Positions 7,367 to 16,471 of a stretch of DNA of 25,881 bases are shown here, one piece after another. Position numbers and translations under genes: made by a program. The stretch's first letter is position 1. Every line of letters starts with the position of its first letter. The notes under the pieces were generated by a model. It was not told the DNA's origin and made no database searches. It was given only the letters and a program-made list of their open reading frames with translations. Origin of the DNA: Candidatus Coprovivens sp. (GTDB lineage Bacteria > Bacillota_I > Bacilli_A > RF39 > UBA660); assembly GCA_051892935.1 (NCBI GenBank), contig JBJFGS010000014.1, forward strand, positions 1 to 25,881, in the 5' to 3' direction.

Positions 7367-10081
7367 ATGGAAATAAAAAAAATAAATTCCAACAAAAAAG
7401 GAACATCATCCAATGCTTTAACAACAAAAAGTAAGAATAATAACCAAAAGAAATCTAATAGCATATTAGAAATTAAAAAAAATAATAAAGCAACTAATAA
7501 GCCACAAAATAATAAACCTGTTACTTTAGTAAAACAAACAAAAACAAAAAATAAAAAGAAAAAAAGTAATAGTGGCAAAATCATAAACTTTGTATTATCG
7601 ATGATAATGCTTCTATGTATTGCAGCTATGATTTGTATAATAGCATTCTGTGGATATATAGTTCTATCTGCTCCCGCTTTCGAAACAGATAAACTATATA
7701 GTCAAGAAGCAACAATATTCTATGATAAAAATGGTAATGAATTTGCCCGTGTTGGTGCAGAACAAAGAGATTTAGTATACTATGAAGACTTACCACAAGT
7801 ACTAGTAGATGCTATAGTAGCAACAGAAGATTCTCGTTACTTCCAACATAACGGATTCGATGTAGTCAGATTCATAAAGGCTGCTCTTGGTCAAGTAGCA
7901 GGACAATCAGGTGCTGGTGGTGCATCAACTCTAACAATGCAAGTTGCCAAAAATACTTTCTCAGTAGCCGAAGATGGTACAATAGCAGCTAGTGGATTTG
8001 CCGGTATAGTAAGAAAATTTACAGACATATATATAAGTATTTTCTTGATAGAAAAAAATTATACAAAAGAAGAAATAATGGAATTCTATGTTAATGCTCC
8101 ATTCCTAGGACAACAAACATATGGTGTTGAACAAGCTTCACAAAAATACTTTGGAAAATCTGTTAGAGATTTATCATTAGCAGAAGCTTCTTTACTAGCA
8201 GGTATTTTTAATGCTCCATCATCTTACAACCCATTCTTTAGTACAGAATTAGCAGAACAAAGACGTTCAATAGTATTAAACCTAATGGTTAGACATGAAT
8301 ATATAACAAAAGAACAAGCAGAAGATGCTAAAGCAATCAGCGTTGAATCACTAATAGTAGAACCAACAGCCACAGAACTAAACAAATATCAATCATTCAT
8401 CGATATTGTATGTGATGATATATATGAACAATTCCATATGGACCCATATGCTGTACCAATGGAAATATATACAACAATGGATCCAGATATTCAAGATATT
8501 ATGGTAAAACTTAATAACGGTGAACTAAACTACAAATGGAAAACATATAAAGCAACTAATAATAAAGACATCATTCAAATAGGAGCAATAGTAACAGATG
8601 TTAAAGATGGTTCAATTGCTGCTGTTAATGGTGGCCGTCATCAAAATACTCAAAAAGCTTTCAATAGAGCAACAGATATGAAAACACAACCTGGTTCTAC
8701 CGCAAAACCTATATTTGCTTATGGTCCATATTTAGAATACAATAACGGAAATACAGGAACAGTATTCTACGATAATAAAATGACTTATTCAAATGGACAA
8801 GAACTTACAAATGCAGATAAAACATATAAAGGTGCTATGACAATGCGTCAAGCTCTTGCTCAATCAAGAAACATTCCTGCAGTACAAGCTTTCCAAGCTG
8901 TTAGTAAAACAAAAGTTTCAGAATTTGTTAACAATTTAGGAATAGACTACTGCATATATGATTCAAATGGAAATCCAAAAGATTGTAACCTTTATGAATC
9001 TTATGCAATAGGTGGTGGACTTGAAGTAAGTCCAGAAGAAATGGCTGGTGCTTATGGAACATTTGCTAGAGGTGGCTATTATATAGAACCATATTCATAT
9101 ACAAAAGTAATATTCCGTGAAACAGATGAAACATACGAACACAAATATGAAAAAGTACAAGCTATGAGCGAAGAAACTGCATATATGATTACAGATATGC
9201 TAATAACAGCTACAAAACAAGGCGTTGGTGGAAACATAAACGTAAGTGGTACTGAAGTAGCATCTAAAACAGGAACATCAACACATAGTAAAAAAGGAGT
9301 TCCAGATAGCGCATCAAAAGATAACTGGGTTATCACATATTCACCAGATTATGTTATATCATTCTGGTATGGAACAGATTACCTAACATCAACTGAATAT
9401 ACAACTGCCCTAGCAGCGGCTAAAGAAAGAAAACTAATATCTGCTCAACTCGCTAATAACATATACAAGAAGAATTCAACATTCAAAAAACCGAGCGGAA
9501 TAATATCTGCTAAATATGAAAAAGAAACATATCCAGCCCAACTTCCATCGGAATATACACCTTCGAATCTAATATCAACAGAGCTTTTTAAGAAGGGGAC
9601 AGAGCCAAGTGAGATATCAGATAGATTCAGTCAATTAAATAATCCAACAAATGGAAAAGTAGAAATAAGTAATAGTCAAATAAATCTAAGCTGGAACGAA
9701 ATAAATACACCAAGTGCTATAAACACATCATATCTTCAAGGATTCTTCAGTGAAAACTATGGCCAATTTGCAACAACATATTATAATAAGAGAATTGAAT
9801 ACAATAATAGTAATATCGGAACAATTGGATACCAAATATATTTGCAAACAGATAGCGGTCTTCAATCATTAGGTTTTACAACCAATCCATATTATGTATA
9901 CAATGCAACTACATCAGGTACATATACATTTGTAATAAAAAGTTCTTATAGCATATTTAAAAACAATGCAAGTTCAGGAATAACATTAACAGCAGACGTC
10001 ACTTCAGGTTCAGTACCTTCACTTCCAAATAGTGGTGATAATACTGAAAATAATCCTGAAAACGTGGAGGTCGCCCCGTAA
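7367..10081 (+). CDS. ponA: Class A penicillin-binding protein PBP1A (transglycosylase, transpeptidase, FN3-like domain)
   Basis: Lys-rich cytoplasmic tail, TM helix, TG motifs EDSRYFQHNG and GASTLTMQ, TP motifs STAK, SRN and KTG; recU-ponA operon. Confidence 0.95.
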   Translation: MEIKKINSNKKGTSSNALTTKSKNNNQKKSNSILEIKKNNKATNKPQNNKPVTLVKQTKTKNKKKKSNSGKIINFVLSMIMLLCIAAMICIIAFCGYIVLSAPAFETDKLYSQEATIFYDKNGNEFARVGAEQRDLVYYEDLPQVLVDAIVATEDSRYFQHNGFDVVRFIKAALGQVAGQSGAGGASTLTMQVAKNTFSVAEDGTIAASGFAGIVRKFTDIYISIFLIEKNYTKEEIMEFYVNAPFLGQQTYGVEQASQKYFGKSVRDLSLAEASLLAGIFNAPSSYNPFFSTELAEQRRSIVLNLMVRHEYITKEQAEDAKAISVESLIVEPTATELNKYQSFIDIVCDDIYEQFHMDPYAVPMEIYTTMDPDIQDIMVKLNNGELNYKWKTYKATNNKDIIQIGAIVTDVKDGSIAAVNGGRHQNTQKAFNRATDMKTQPGSTAKPIFAYGPYLEYNNGNTGTVFYDNKMTYSNGQELTNADKTYKGAMTMRQALAQSRNIPAVQAFQAVSKTKVSEFVNNLGIDYCIYDSNGNPKDCNLYESYAIGGGLEVSPEEMAGAYGTFARGGYYIEPYSYTKVIFRETDETYEHKYEKVQAMSEETAYMITDMLITATKQGVGGNINVSGTEVASKTGTSTHSKKGVPDSASKDNWVITYSPDYVISFWYGTDYLTSTEYTTALAAAKERKLISAQLANNIYKKNSTFKKPSGIISAKYEKETYPAQLPSEYTPSNLISTELFKKGTEPSEISDRFSQLNNPTNGKVEISNSQINLSWNEINTPSAINTSYLQGFFSENYGQFATTYYNKRIEYNNSNIGTIGYQIYLQTDSGLQSLGFTTNPYYVYNATTSGTYTFVIKSSYSIFKNNASSGITLTADVTSGSVPSLPNSGDNTENNPENVEVAP

Positions 10082-10350
10082 CACCTAGTACAATTTGCAT
10101 AAACGGACAAAAAGGAAAGATTAATACAAAAACACTATTTAATCCAATAGTATATGCTGATAACCAAGACATTACAAATAAAACAACAATCAAATATTCA
10201 CCAACAATTATTTCTTTAGAAAAAACAAGTACATACACAATCAACATTAGTACAACATATAAAAATAAATATGCATTCACAAATGCAACTATATATGTAT
10301 GTAGTGGTGACTACAAATGTAATACAAGCGGAAATGGCTGTACAAAATAA
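10078..10350 (+). other. Start-less 90-codon frame (-1 relative to ponA) encoding an Ig-like, Cys-containing domain; probable C-terminal extension of PBP1A
   Basis: The frame is open from 10060 to TAA 10348-10350, with no ATG/GTG/TTG. It reads VTPSTICINGQKGKINTKTLFNPIVYADNQDITNKTTIKYSPTIISLEKTSTYTINISTTYKNKYAFTNATIYVCSGDYKCNTSGNGCTK and ends in the terminator hairpin. Confidence 0.7.
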
Positions 10351-10376
10351 GGAACTATTTAGTTTCTTATTTTTTT
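10344..10376 (+). terminator. Intrinsic terminator of the recU-ponA unit
   Basis: AAAATAAGGAACT-attt-AGTTTCTTATTTT plus T-run. It overlaps the stop of the extension frame, not the ponA stop. Confidence 0.75.
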
Positions 10377-10378
10377 GC

Positions 10379-10402
10379 AAAAAAAAGATTAAATCTTTTT
10401 TT
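10379..10402 (-). terminator. Intrinsic terminator of nth
   Basis: AAAAAAGAT-tta-ATCTTTTTT hairpin containing the nth stop codon; A/T-rich. Confidence 0.5.
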
Positions 10403-11012
10403 CCTTACTAGTACAGTCATCATAAAAAGCACAATTCATACATTCAGGTCCTCTCGCCTTACAAATATATCTTCCAAATAAAACCAACTGGTGATGACTT
10501 CTACTCCATAATTCTTTAGGTATTATCTTCATTAATTTTTTTTCGACAACCAATACAGAATCTCCTTTTCGAGCAATCTTAAGCCTTTTACTAACTCTTT
10601 CAACATGCGTATCTACAGCAATACATGGAACATCAAATAAATTAGACAATACAACATTTGCAGTCTTTCTTCCTACTCCAGGTAAATTCTCCAAATACTC
10701 TCTATCATTAGGAACAACACCATTATAATTATCAACTAAAGATTTAGCTATTTCTATAATATAAGATGATTTCTTTGTATAAGAACCACAACTTCTTATA
10801 ATTCGTTCAATATCCTTCTTATCAGCCTGCGCAAGACCATATACATCATAATTACTAAACAATATTTTAGTAACCTCATTCACTCTTTTATCAGTACATT
10901 GAGCAGATAAAACAGTAGCAATAAGTAACTCATAATCTCGATTATAATTAAGCTCACATCTCGCATCAGGAATCATCTTATCTAATTTTTTATTAAAATC
11001 TACTATCATCAT
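10389..11012 (-). CDS. nth: Endonuclease III
   Basis: LSAQCTDKRVN, HhH motif LPGVGRKTANVV, VDTHV, [4Fe-4S] motif CKARGPECMNCAFYDDC; dnaD-nth synteny. Confidence 0.97.
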   Translation of the reverse strand: MMIVDFNKKLDKMIPDARCELNYNRDYELLIATVLSAQCTDKRVNEVTKILFSNYDVYGLAQADKKDIERIIRSCGSYTKKSSYIIEIAKSLVDNYNGVVPNDREYLENLPGVGRKTANVVLSNLFDVPCIAVDTHVERVSKRLKIARKGDSVLVVEKKLMKIIPKELWSRSHHQLVLFGRYICKARGPECMNCAFYDDCTSKEKKI

Positions 11013-11671
11013 TGATTATTCAACCAATCAAAATCAACTATTTCTTGTTCCTTTTTACTAATAACCTTATCTTTAGATTTATCATCTCTTCTGCTCATCA
11101 TATAATTACTAACATCATCCATCGATTTAAAGCCTTTACGCTCCCACTCATAAATTATTTTATCAATATACCTAAAATTACTCACACCATTATAAACAGC
11201 TTCTCTAAGAGCTCCTAAAATGATATCTTCAGAAGTCCCACTAATCAACCAACCATTAATTAATTCCAATTCCATAGGTGACATAGTTCGACCTAACTCT
11301 TTTTCAAAAGACTTAAAAATATCAACTTTAATATCTTCATTAGTTTCAACCTCAGTATTTTCAATAACAGAGGCATAAACACCATCAAGCCTTACAACCT
11401 CATTAAGTCTATTTTCAACATCTTTAACACTCTCTAAAGTAACTAATCCTTTAACCATCAAACTATTAAACGCTTCCATTGCTAAATTAACATCAATACC
11501 TAAAGTACTACTAATTAAATCAACATCAAATACATTACTAAAACTATTATCATAATAAACTAGTACTAAGAATTCTATTAAATTCAAATTATTACTTAAA
11601 GCAACCTTAATTAAATACTCACTTATTACTAACTTCTTAGAATTTAATACCTTATATAACTGCTCCTTCAT
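11009..11671 (-). CDS. dnaD: Replication initiation protein DnaD
   Basis: FEKELGRTMSPMELELINGW...ALREAV...NFRYIDKIIYEW DnaB_2 motif; located upstream of nth. Confidence 0.92.
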   Translation of the reverse strand: MKEQLYKVLNSKKLVISEYLIKVALSNNLNLIEFLVLVYYDNSFSNVFDVDLISSTLGIDVNLAMEAFNSLMVKGLVTLESVKDVENRLNEVVRLDGVYASVIENTEVETNEDIKVDIFKSFEKELGRTMSPMELELINGWLISGTSEDIILGALREAVYNGVSNFRYIDKIIYEWERKGFKSMDDVSNYMMSRRDDKSKDKVISKKEQEIVDFDWLNNQ

Positions 11672-12764
11672 TCAACCACTTCCTCCTATTATTAAATATA
11701 TACTCTTTAATAGAATCATTATCATTATTTAATTGTCCACTCAAAATAACATTTTTTAAGTCTTCATAAACATCACTTATTACTTTACCTGGCTTAGTAT
11801 CAAGAACTTCACATATTTCCTCACTACTAATATCAATATCTTTATATCTTCTAATAACAAGCTTTTTATCAATATCAACAATTTTATCTTTATCAACCTT
11901 CAATATATCTCCAGCTACCATAGACAGATAAAGTCCATAACTAAACAAAACATTACTATCTATTGTACCATAATTTATTATTTTTCTTATTATTTTTATA
12001 TTCTCTTTTTCTTCTTTAGAAAAAGGAAAATCTTTTATTAATTCCAACTGACTATACATCCCACATATATCAGAAACTTGAACTATAGAATCACTATAAG
12101 AAATACCTATATAAGGTAAAAAACCCAAATCATCTAATATGTGTAAACCAATTAAAGCATTCTTGCTAACTAATATCTTAGTCAATTCCTCTTTTATTCT
12201 TTCCCTAGACAATTGATCAATTAAATATGCATATTCTTTTAACTTCTTATATAATTCCTCTTCAATAGTAAATCCCAATGTAGTAGAAAATCTAACTGCT
12301 CTAAGCATTCTTAATGGATCTTCATTTATTCTATCTTCTATATTACCAACACATCTTATAATTTTATTTTCTATATCTTGTTGTCCACCTAATATATCAA
12401 TAATATTTTTATCTTTATTCATGCATAACGTATTCATCGTAAAATCTCTTCTATTAATATCATCAATTAGATTATCAACATATTCTATTTCAACTTTTCT
12501 CCTATCACCATTATATCTTAAATCTCTTCTATATGTAGTAATATCAAGTCTTAGTTTATCTGTTACAATTTTAATAGAACCATATTCATTAACTATAACA
12601 TTTATATCATTAAATATATCCAATAGTTCTTTAACTCTAGCATTAGTACAAATATCAATATCTCCTGACTCTATACCTAAAAGATAATCTCTAACATATC
12701 CACCAACTATATAAGCTTCGAAACCATTTTCTTCAATTCTTTCTAATACATTAACAACATTCAT
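11652..12764 (-). CDS. cca: CCA tRNA nucleotidyltransferase
   Basis: VGGYVRD, DIDI, RRDFTMN, EDPLRMLRAVRF and ERIKEEL motifs; cca-dnaD-nth neighbourhood. Confidence 0.9.
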   Translation of the reverse strand: MNVVNVLERIEENGFEAYIVGGYVRDYLLGIESGDIDICTNARVKELLDIFNDINVIVNEYGSIKIVTDKLRLDITTYRRDLRYNGDRRKVEIEYVDNLIDDINRRDFTMNTLCMNKDKNIIDILGGQQDIENKIIRCVGNIEDRINEDPLRMLRAVRFSTTLGFTIEEELYKKLKEYAYLIDQLSRERIKEELTKILVSKNALIGLHILDDLGFLPYIGISYSDSIVQVSDICGMYSQLELIKDFPFSKEEKENIKIIRKIINYGTIDSNVLFSYGLYLSMVAGDILKVDKDKIVDIDKKLVIRRYKDIDISSEEICEVLDTKPGKVISDVYEDLKNVILSGQLNNDNDSIKEYIFNNRRKWLNEGAVI

Positions 12765-12837
12765 TTAATCAATTCTCCTTATAAATATTATATCACATAT
12801 AATTTTTTATCCCACTTATAAGTCATTTACTATACAC

Positions 12838-12862
12838 AAAAAAAGATAAGAAATATCTTACC
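12838..12862 (-). terminator. Intrinsic terminator after the 93-aa gene
   Basis: GGTAAGA-tatt-TCTTATC followed by a T-run. Confidence 0.55.
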
Positions 12863-12868
12863 AATAAC

Positions 12869-13150
12869 TCACTTTACTAATCCTTTAATAGGAACATATT
12901 TATCGATTTTTTTTATATTATTTAAAGTAATAAAAGTAAATATCAAACTATAAAAAGAAATTACAAAATAAACTTGTATACTAATATCTCTTGTATCAGG
13001 ATTAACTACATCATTTTGTTCATCATTAATATCATAAAATACATAAATACTCTCTGTATTAGAAACACTCTCTATATAATCATTATCTCTATCTATTATT
13101 AATACCAAACTAACTATAAAGCATATAAACAAAACTAAATATTTATTCAT
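12869..13150 (-). CDS. Small two-hydrophobic-segment protein (93 aa) with NPDTRD motif before the C-terminal TM helix
   Basis: The ORF fills the space between the rpe terminator and its own terminator; ATG 13150 has RBS GGTGA. Confidence 0.65.
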   Translation of the reverse strand: MNKYLVLFICFIVSLVLIIDRDNDYIESVSNTESIYVFYDINDEQNDVVNPDTRDISIQVYFVISFYSLIFTFITLNNIKKIDKYVPIKGLVK

Positions 13151-13197
13151 AATATTCACCATTATTTATATTGTTTCCAATTATTACCATAATATAC

Positions 13198-13225
13198 AAA
13201 AAAGATAAGTATCACTACTTATCTT
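13198..13225 (-). terminator. Intrinsic terminator of the rlmN-rpe operon
   Basis: AAGATAAGTA-gtga-TACTTATCTT plus T-run, overlapping the rpe stop codon. Confidence 0.75.
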
Positions 13226-13857
13226 AAAGAATCAATTCTTTCATTATAATCAGCACTCTTACATACATAAGAACCACTAACTACCATATCTGCTCCTGCA
13301 TCTTTAACAAGTTTAACCGTCTCATCATTAATACCACCATCAACATTTATTAAATAGTGATATCCGTTTTCTTCTCTTATATCTCTCAAAGTTTCTATTT
13401 TATATAGAATATCCTCCATAAATTTTTGACCACCCTTACCAGGTTTAACACTCATAACAAGAACCTGATCCAAATGATTGAGTAAAGGAACAATATGACT
13501 TACTTTAGTTTCTGGGTTAATTGCTAATCCAACCTTCATATTAGTATGTCTAATCATATTAATAACATCTATTGGTCTTCTATGTGATTCATAATGTAAT
13601 GTTAAATATTCAACATTACTCATTTTAGCAAACTCTTTAACATACTTATTAGGTGAACAAACCATCATATGTACATCGAGTTTCTTTCTACAATCTTTAA
13701 ACATCTTTTTTAAATCTTGAACAGTATAATTAGCATTTTCAACAAATATACCATCCATCATATCTACATGAATATAATCTGCATTAGATTCATCAATCTT
13801 ATTAATTGTTGTTTCTAAATCATAATCACTACTAATAAAAGAAACTCCTACTTTCAT
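13219..13857 (-). CDS. rpe: Ribulose-phosphate 3-epimerase
   Basis: HVDMMDG, DVHMMV, LVMSVKPGKGGQKF and VDGGIN motifs. Confidence 0.96.
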   Translation of the reverse strand: MKVGVSFISSDYDLETTINKIDESNADYIHVDMMDGIFVENANYTVQDLKKMFKDCRKKLDVHMMVCSPNKYVKEFAKMSNVEYLTLHYESHRRPIDVINMIRHTNMKVGLAINPETKVSHIVPLLNHLDQVLVMSVKPGKGGQKFMEDILYKIETLRDIREENGYHYLINVDGGINDETVKLVKDAGADMVVSGSYVCKSADYNERIDSLR

Positions 13858-14687
13858 TTTTCAACTTCCTCCAAAAACAATAAATAATTATTATATCTAG
13901 ATTGTAAAATCAACTTATTGCCTAAAGCATCCTTAACACCACAATCTTTTTCCTTATTATGCATGCAATTTCTAAATTTACAATCATAATCTTTAAACTC
14001 CACAAAAGTATCACGCAATTGTTCTCTATTCATATCTTTTAAATCTATAGCAGAAAAACCAGGAGTATCTGCTATATAACCATCAGATATTTCATATAAT
14101 TCAACATGCCTAGTAGTATGTTTACCTCTTCCTAATGCTTCACTAATTTCATCAGTTTTAATACTTAAGCTTTCATCTAATAAATTAATTAAACTACTTT
14201 TACCAGCACCAGTCTGCCCTGCCAAAACTACAATGTTATTATTAAGTAATCTCTTTATCTCAGCTGTATCCGTATTATAAACAACTTCTATACCTATCAT
14301 TTCATAGTATTTCTTCAAATTATCAATATTTTCTTTTTCTACAGGATTTAATAAATCTAGCTTAGTAAAACATATAACTGGCTTTATACCATTAAATATG
14401 ATAACACTAATAAGCTTATCCAATAAATTCAAGTCCAAATTAGGTTTCTTAGTACTTGTCACTATAAAAGCCATATCAACATTTGCAATAACAGGTCTTT
14501 CTAGTATATTTTTTCTATCCAAAATATCCTCAATTACATTATCATCAGTATTAATAATAACATAATCTCCAACAACAGGACTTATATTATTTTTTCTAAA
14601 TTTTCCTCTAGCTCTACAACCATAAAGCATATCTCCAACTTTAACAGTATATAAATTACTAATTTGTTTAATTATTTGTCCTTGCAT
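13854..14687 (-). CDS. rsgA: Ribosome small subunit-dependent GTPase RsgA (CpgA)
   Basis: Circularly permuted GTPase: TKLD, GQTGAGKSS, GKHTT, DTPG, and Zn motif CKFRNCMHNKEKDC. Confidence 0.96.
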   Translation of the reverse strand: MQGQIIKQISNLYTVKVGDMLYGCRARGKFRKNNISPVVGDYVIINTDDNVIEDILDRKNILERPVIANVDMAFIVTSTKKPNLDLNLLDKLISVIIFNGIKPVICFTKLDLLNPVEKENIDNLKKYYEMIGIEVVYNTDTAEIKRLLNNNIVVLAGQTGAGKSSLINLLDESLSIKTDEISEALGRGKHTTRHVELYEISDGYIADTPGFSAIDLKDMNREQLRDTFVEFKDYDCKFRNCMHNKEKDCGVKDALGNKLILQSRYNNYLLFLEEVEK

Positions 14688-16471
14688 TATTCTAAGTTTC
14701 CACTTTCATCATCTTCTAAAGAAGAATTACTACAATCCTCTAATTCAGGATCACAAACTTCCTTATTATCTCCAACAGAACTATCAGAAACCTTTATAGT
14801 TAAAGAAGTATCACTTATAACAGTATATCCTTTAGCTCTACTTTGATAGAAAATGGTTCCATCATCACTACTATGAACTTCTCTCTTAATATTCAATGTT
14901 ACACCATATTCCTCACAGAACTGTTCAACATCTTCTACTGTCCAAGTTCCATCAGTAAAATCAGGATATTCAGTAACTATATCAGGAACAACTAACTCAA
15001 TACTATCTCTTGCACTTAATTTCTGACCAGCAGCCACAGATTGTTTTATTATTTCTCCACTCTCATAATCATCAGGATTTTTTACTTCTTCATAAACAAT
15101 ATAAACAGTAATTCCTTGGGCCTCTAAAGCTCCTTTTACTTCCAAACAATTTCTACCAGTATAATCCTCAACAGTTATCTTAGAATTACCAGTAGAAACA
15201 AAAATTGTAACAGTAGTTCCTTTTGTTCTTTTAGCTCCACTAGGTGGATTAGTTTTAACAACTTTGCCTTCTGCTATCTCATCATCACTAATCTCTTTAG
15301 TTTCATCAGCAACTTCAAAACCTAAATCTTGTAACTCAGCAACAACTTCACTAACAGTTTTACCAGCCACTTCAGGAACAATAATATCCTTTTGTTGTAA
15401 AATACTAGGTAAAAATAATACAAAAGTTGCAACAAGTACCACTAAACAAGCAAATATAATACCAAGAGTAACCAATATTTTATTCTCTTTTTTTACTTCC
15501 TCATCAGTAACTTGTTTAACCACAACATCACCATTTTCCTCATCTTCTTCAACACTTATTGCTTTTTCAACTTGTTTAGTAAACTTTTTATTATCATTAT
15601 CTAACTCTGGATACTGATATTCCCATTTTTCCTCATTTACTCTAGATTCATCTAAACAAGTTTTCAAATCTTCATACATAGCTCTAGCATCATTATATCT
15701 ATTCTTAGGATTCTTTGCTGTACTCTTCAAAATAATATTTTCAACACTTTGAGGTAAATCTTCTATTTCATCCCTAATATTAGGAAATGGTTCTTTTAAA
15801 TGCTTTAAAGCTATTTCAACTGCATTATCACCTCTATATGGTAATACACCAGTTAACAATTCATACATTAAAATACCCATTGAATAAATATCACTTTTTA
15901 AAGTAGAACCTTTACCACTAGCTTGCTCAGGAGGTAAATAATGAACAGAACCCATAACTGAGTTAGTTTGTGTAAGTTGAGTAGCATTCATAGCCATAGC
16001 AATACCAAAATCAGTTATTTTAACTAAACCATTTTCTAAAATCATTATATTTTGAGGTTTTATATCTCTATGTATAATATATGAATCATGTGCAACAGAT
16101 AACCCATCTGCAATTTGACTCATAATATCAACAACTTCTGATACTGTAAGCTTTCCACGTTTTTTTAACAAGTCCTTAAGATTCTTACCATCAATATATT
16201 CCATTACTATAAAGTATTGACCATTATCATCACCAACATCATATACTTCAACAATATTAGGATGACTTAAACTACTAGCATTTAATGCTTCTCTTTGAAA
16301 CCTTCTAACAAATTTTTCATCATTAGATAAATCTCCACGAAGAACTTTTACAGCAACATCTCTATCTAAAATAGTATCATAAGCTAAATAAACATTAGCC
16401 ATTCCACCTTCACCAATAGATTTAATAATTTGGTAACGATCATTAATTTTTTGGCCTTTCATTATCATCAT
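14687..16471 (-). CDS. prkC: PASTA-domain Ser/Thr protein kinase PrkC (PknB/Stk1)
   Basis: IGEGGMANVY, VAVK, HRDIKPQN, DFGIA, TM helix and PASTA repeats (VPEVAG.., VEDYTG.., YPDFT..). Confidence 0.96.
   Translation of the reverse strand: MMIMKGQKINDRYQIIKSIGEGGMANVYLAYDTILDRDVAVKVLRGDLSNDEKFVRRFQREALNASSLSHPNIVEVYDVGDDNGQYFIVMEYIDGKNLKDLLKKRGKLTVSEVVDIMSQIADGLSVAHDSYIIHRDIKPQNIMILENGLVKITDFGIAMAMNATQLTQTNSVMGSVHYLPPEQASGKGSTLKSDIYSMGILMYELLTGVLPYRGDNAVEIALKHLKEPFPNIRDEIEDLPQSVENIILKSTAKNPKNRYNDARAMYEDLKTCLDESRVNEEKWEYQYPELDNDNKKFTKQVEKAISVEEDEENGDVVVKQVTDEEVKKENKILVTLGIIFACLVVLVATFVLFLPSILQQKDIIVPEVAGKTVSEVVAELQDLGFEVADETKEISDDEIAEGKVVKTNPPSGAKRTKGTTVTIFVSTGNSKITVEDYTGRNCLEVKGALEAQGITVYIVYEEVKNPDDYESGEIIKQSVAAGQKLSARDSIELVVPDIVTEYPDFTDGTWTVEDVEQFCEEYGVTLNIKREVHSSDDGTIFYQSRAKGYTVISDTSLTIKVSDSSVGDNKEVCDPELEDCSNSSLEDDESGNLE

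Noticed and set aside
7321-9336. Minus-strand ORFs 7321-7584 and 9079-9336
   Set aside because: Antisense to ponA. The Phe/Leu richness of the first simply mirrors the Lys/Asn codons.
10079-10102. In-frame stop read-through of ponA
   Set aside because: The zero frame closes again after six codons (CAC CTA GTA CAA TTT GCA TAA); only the -1 frame is long.
9999-10280. 93-aa hydrophobic minus-strand ORF behind ponA
   Set aside because: It is the antisense of the A-rich plus-strand extension frame, which explains its hydrophobicity. It has no RBS, overlaps ponA and is cut off from nth by terminators.
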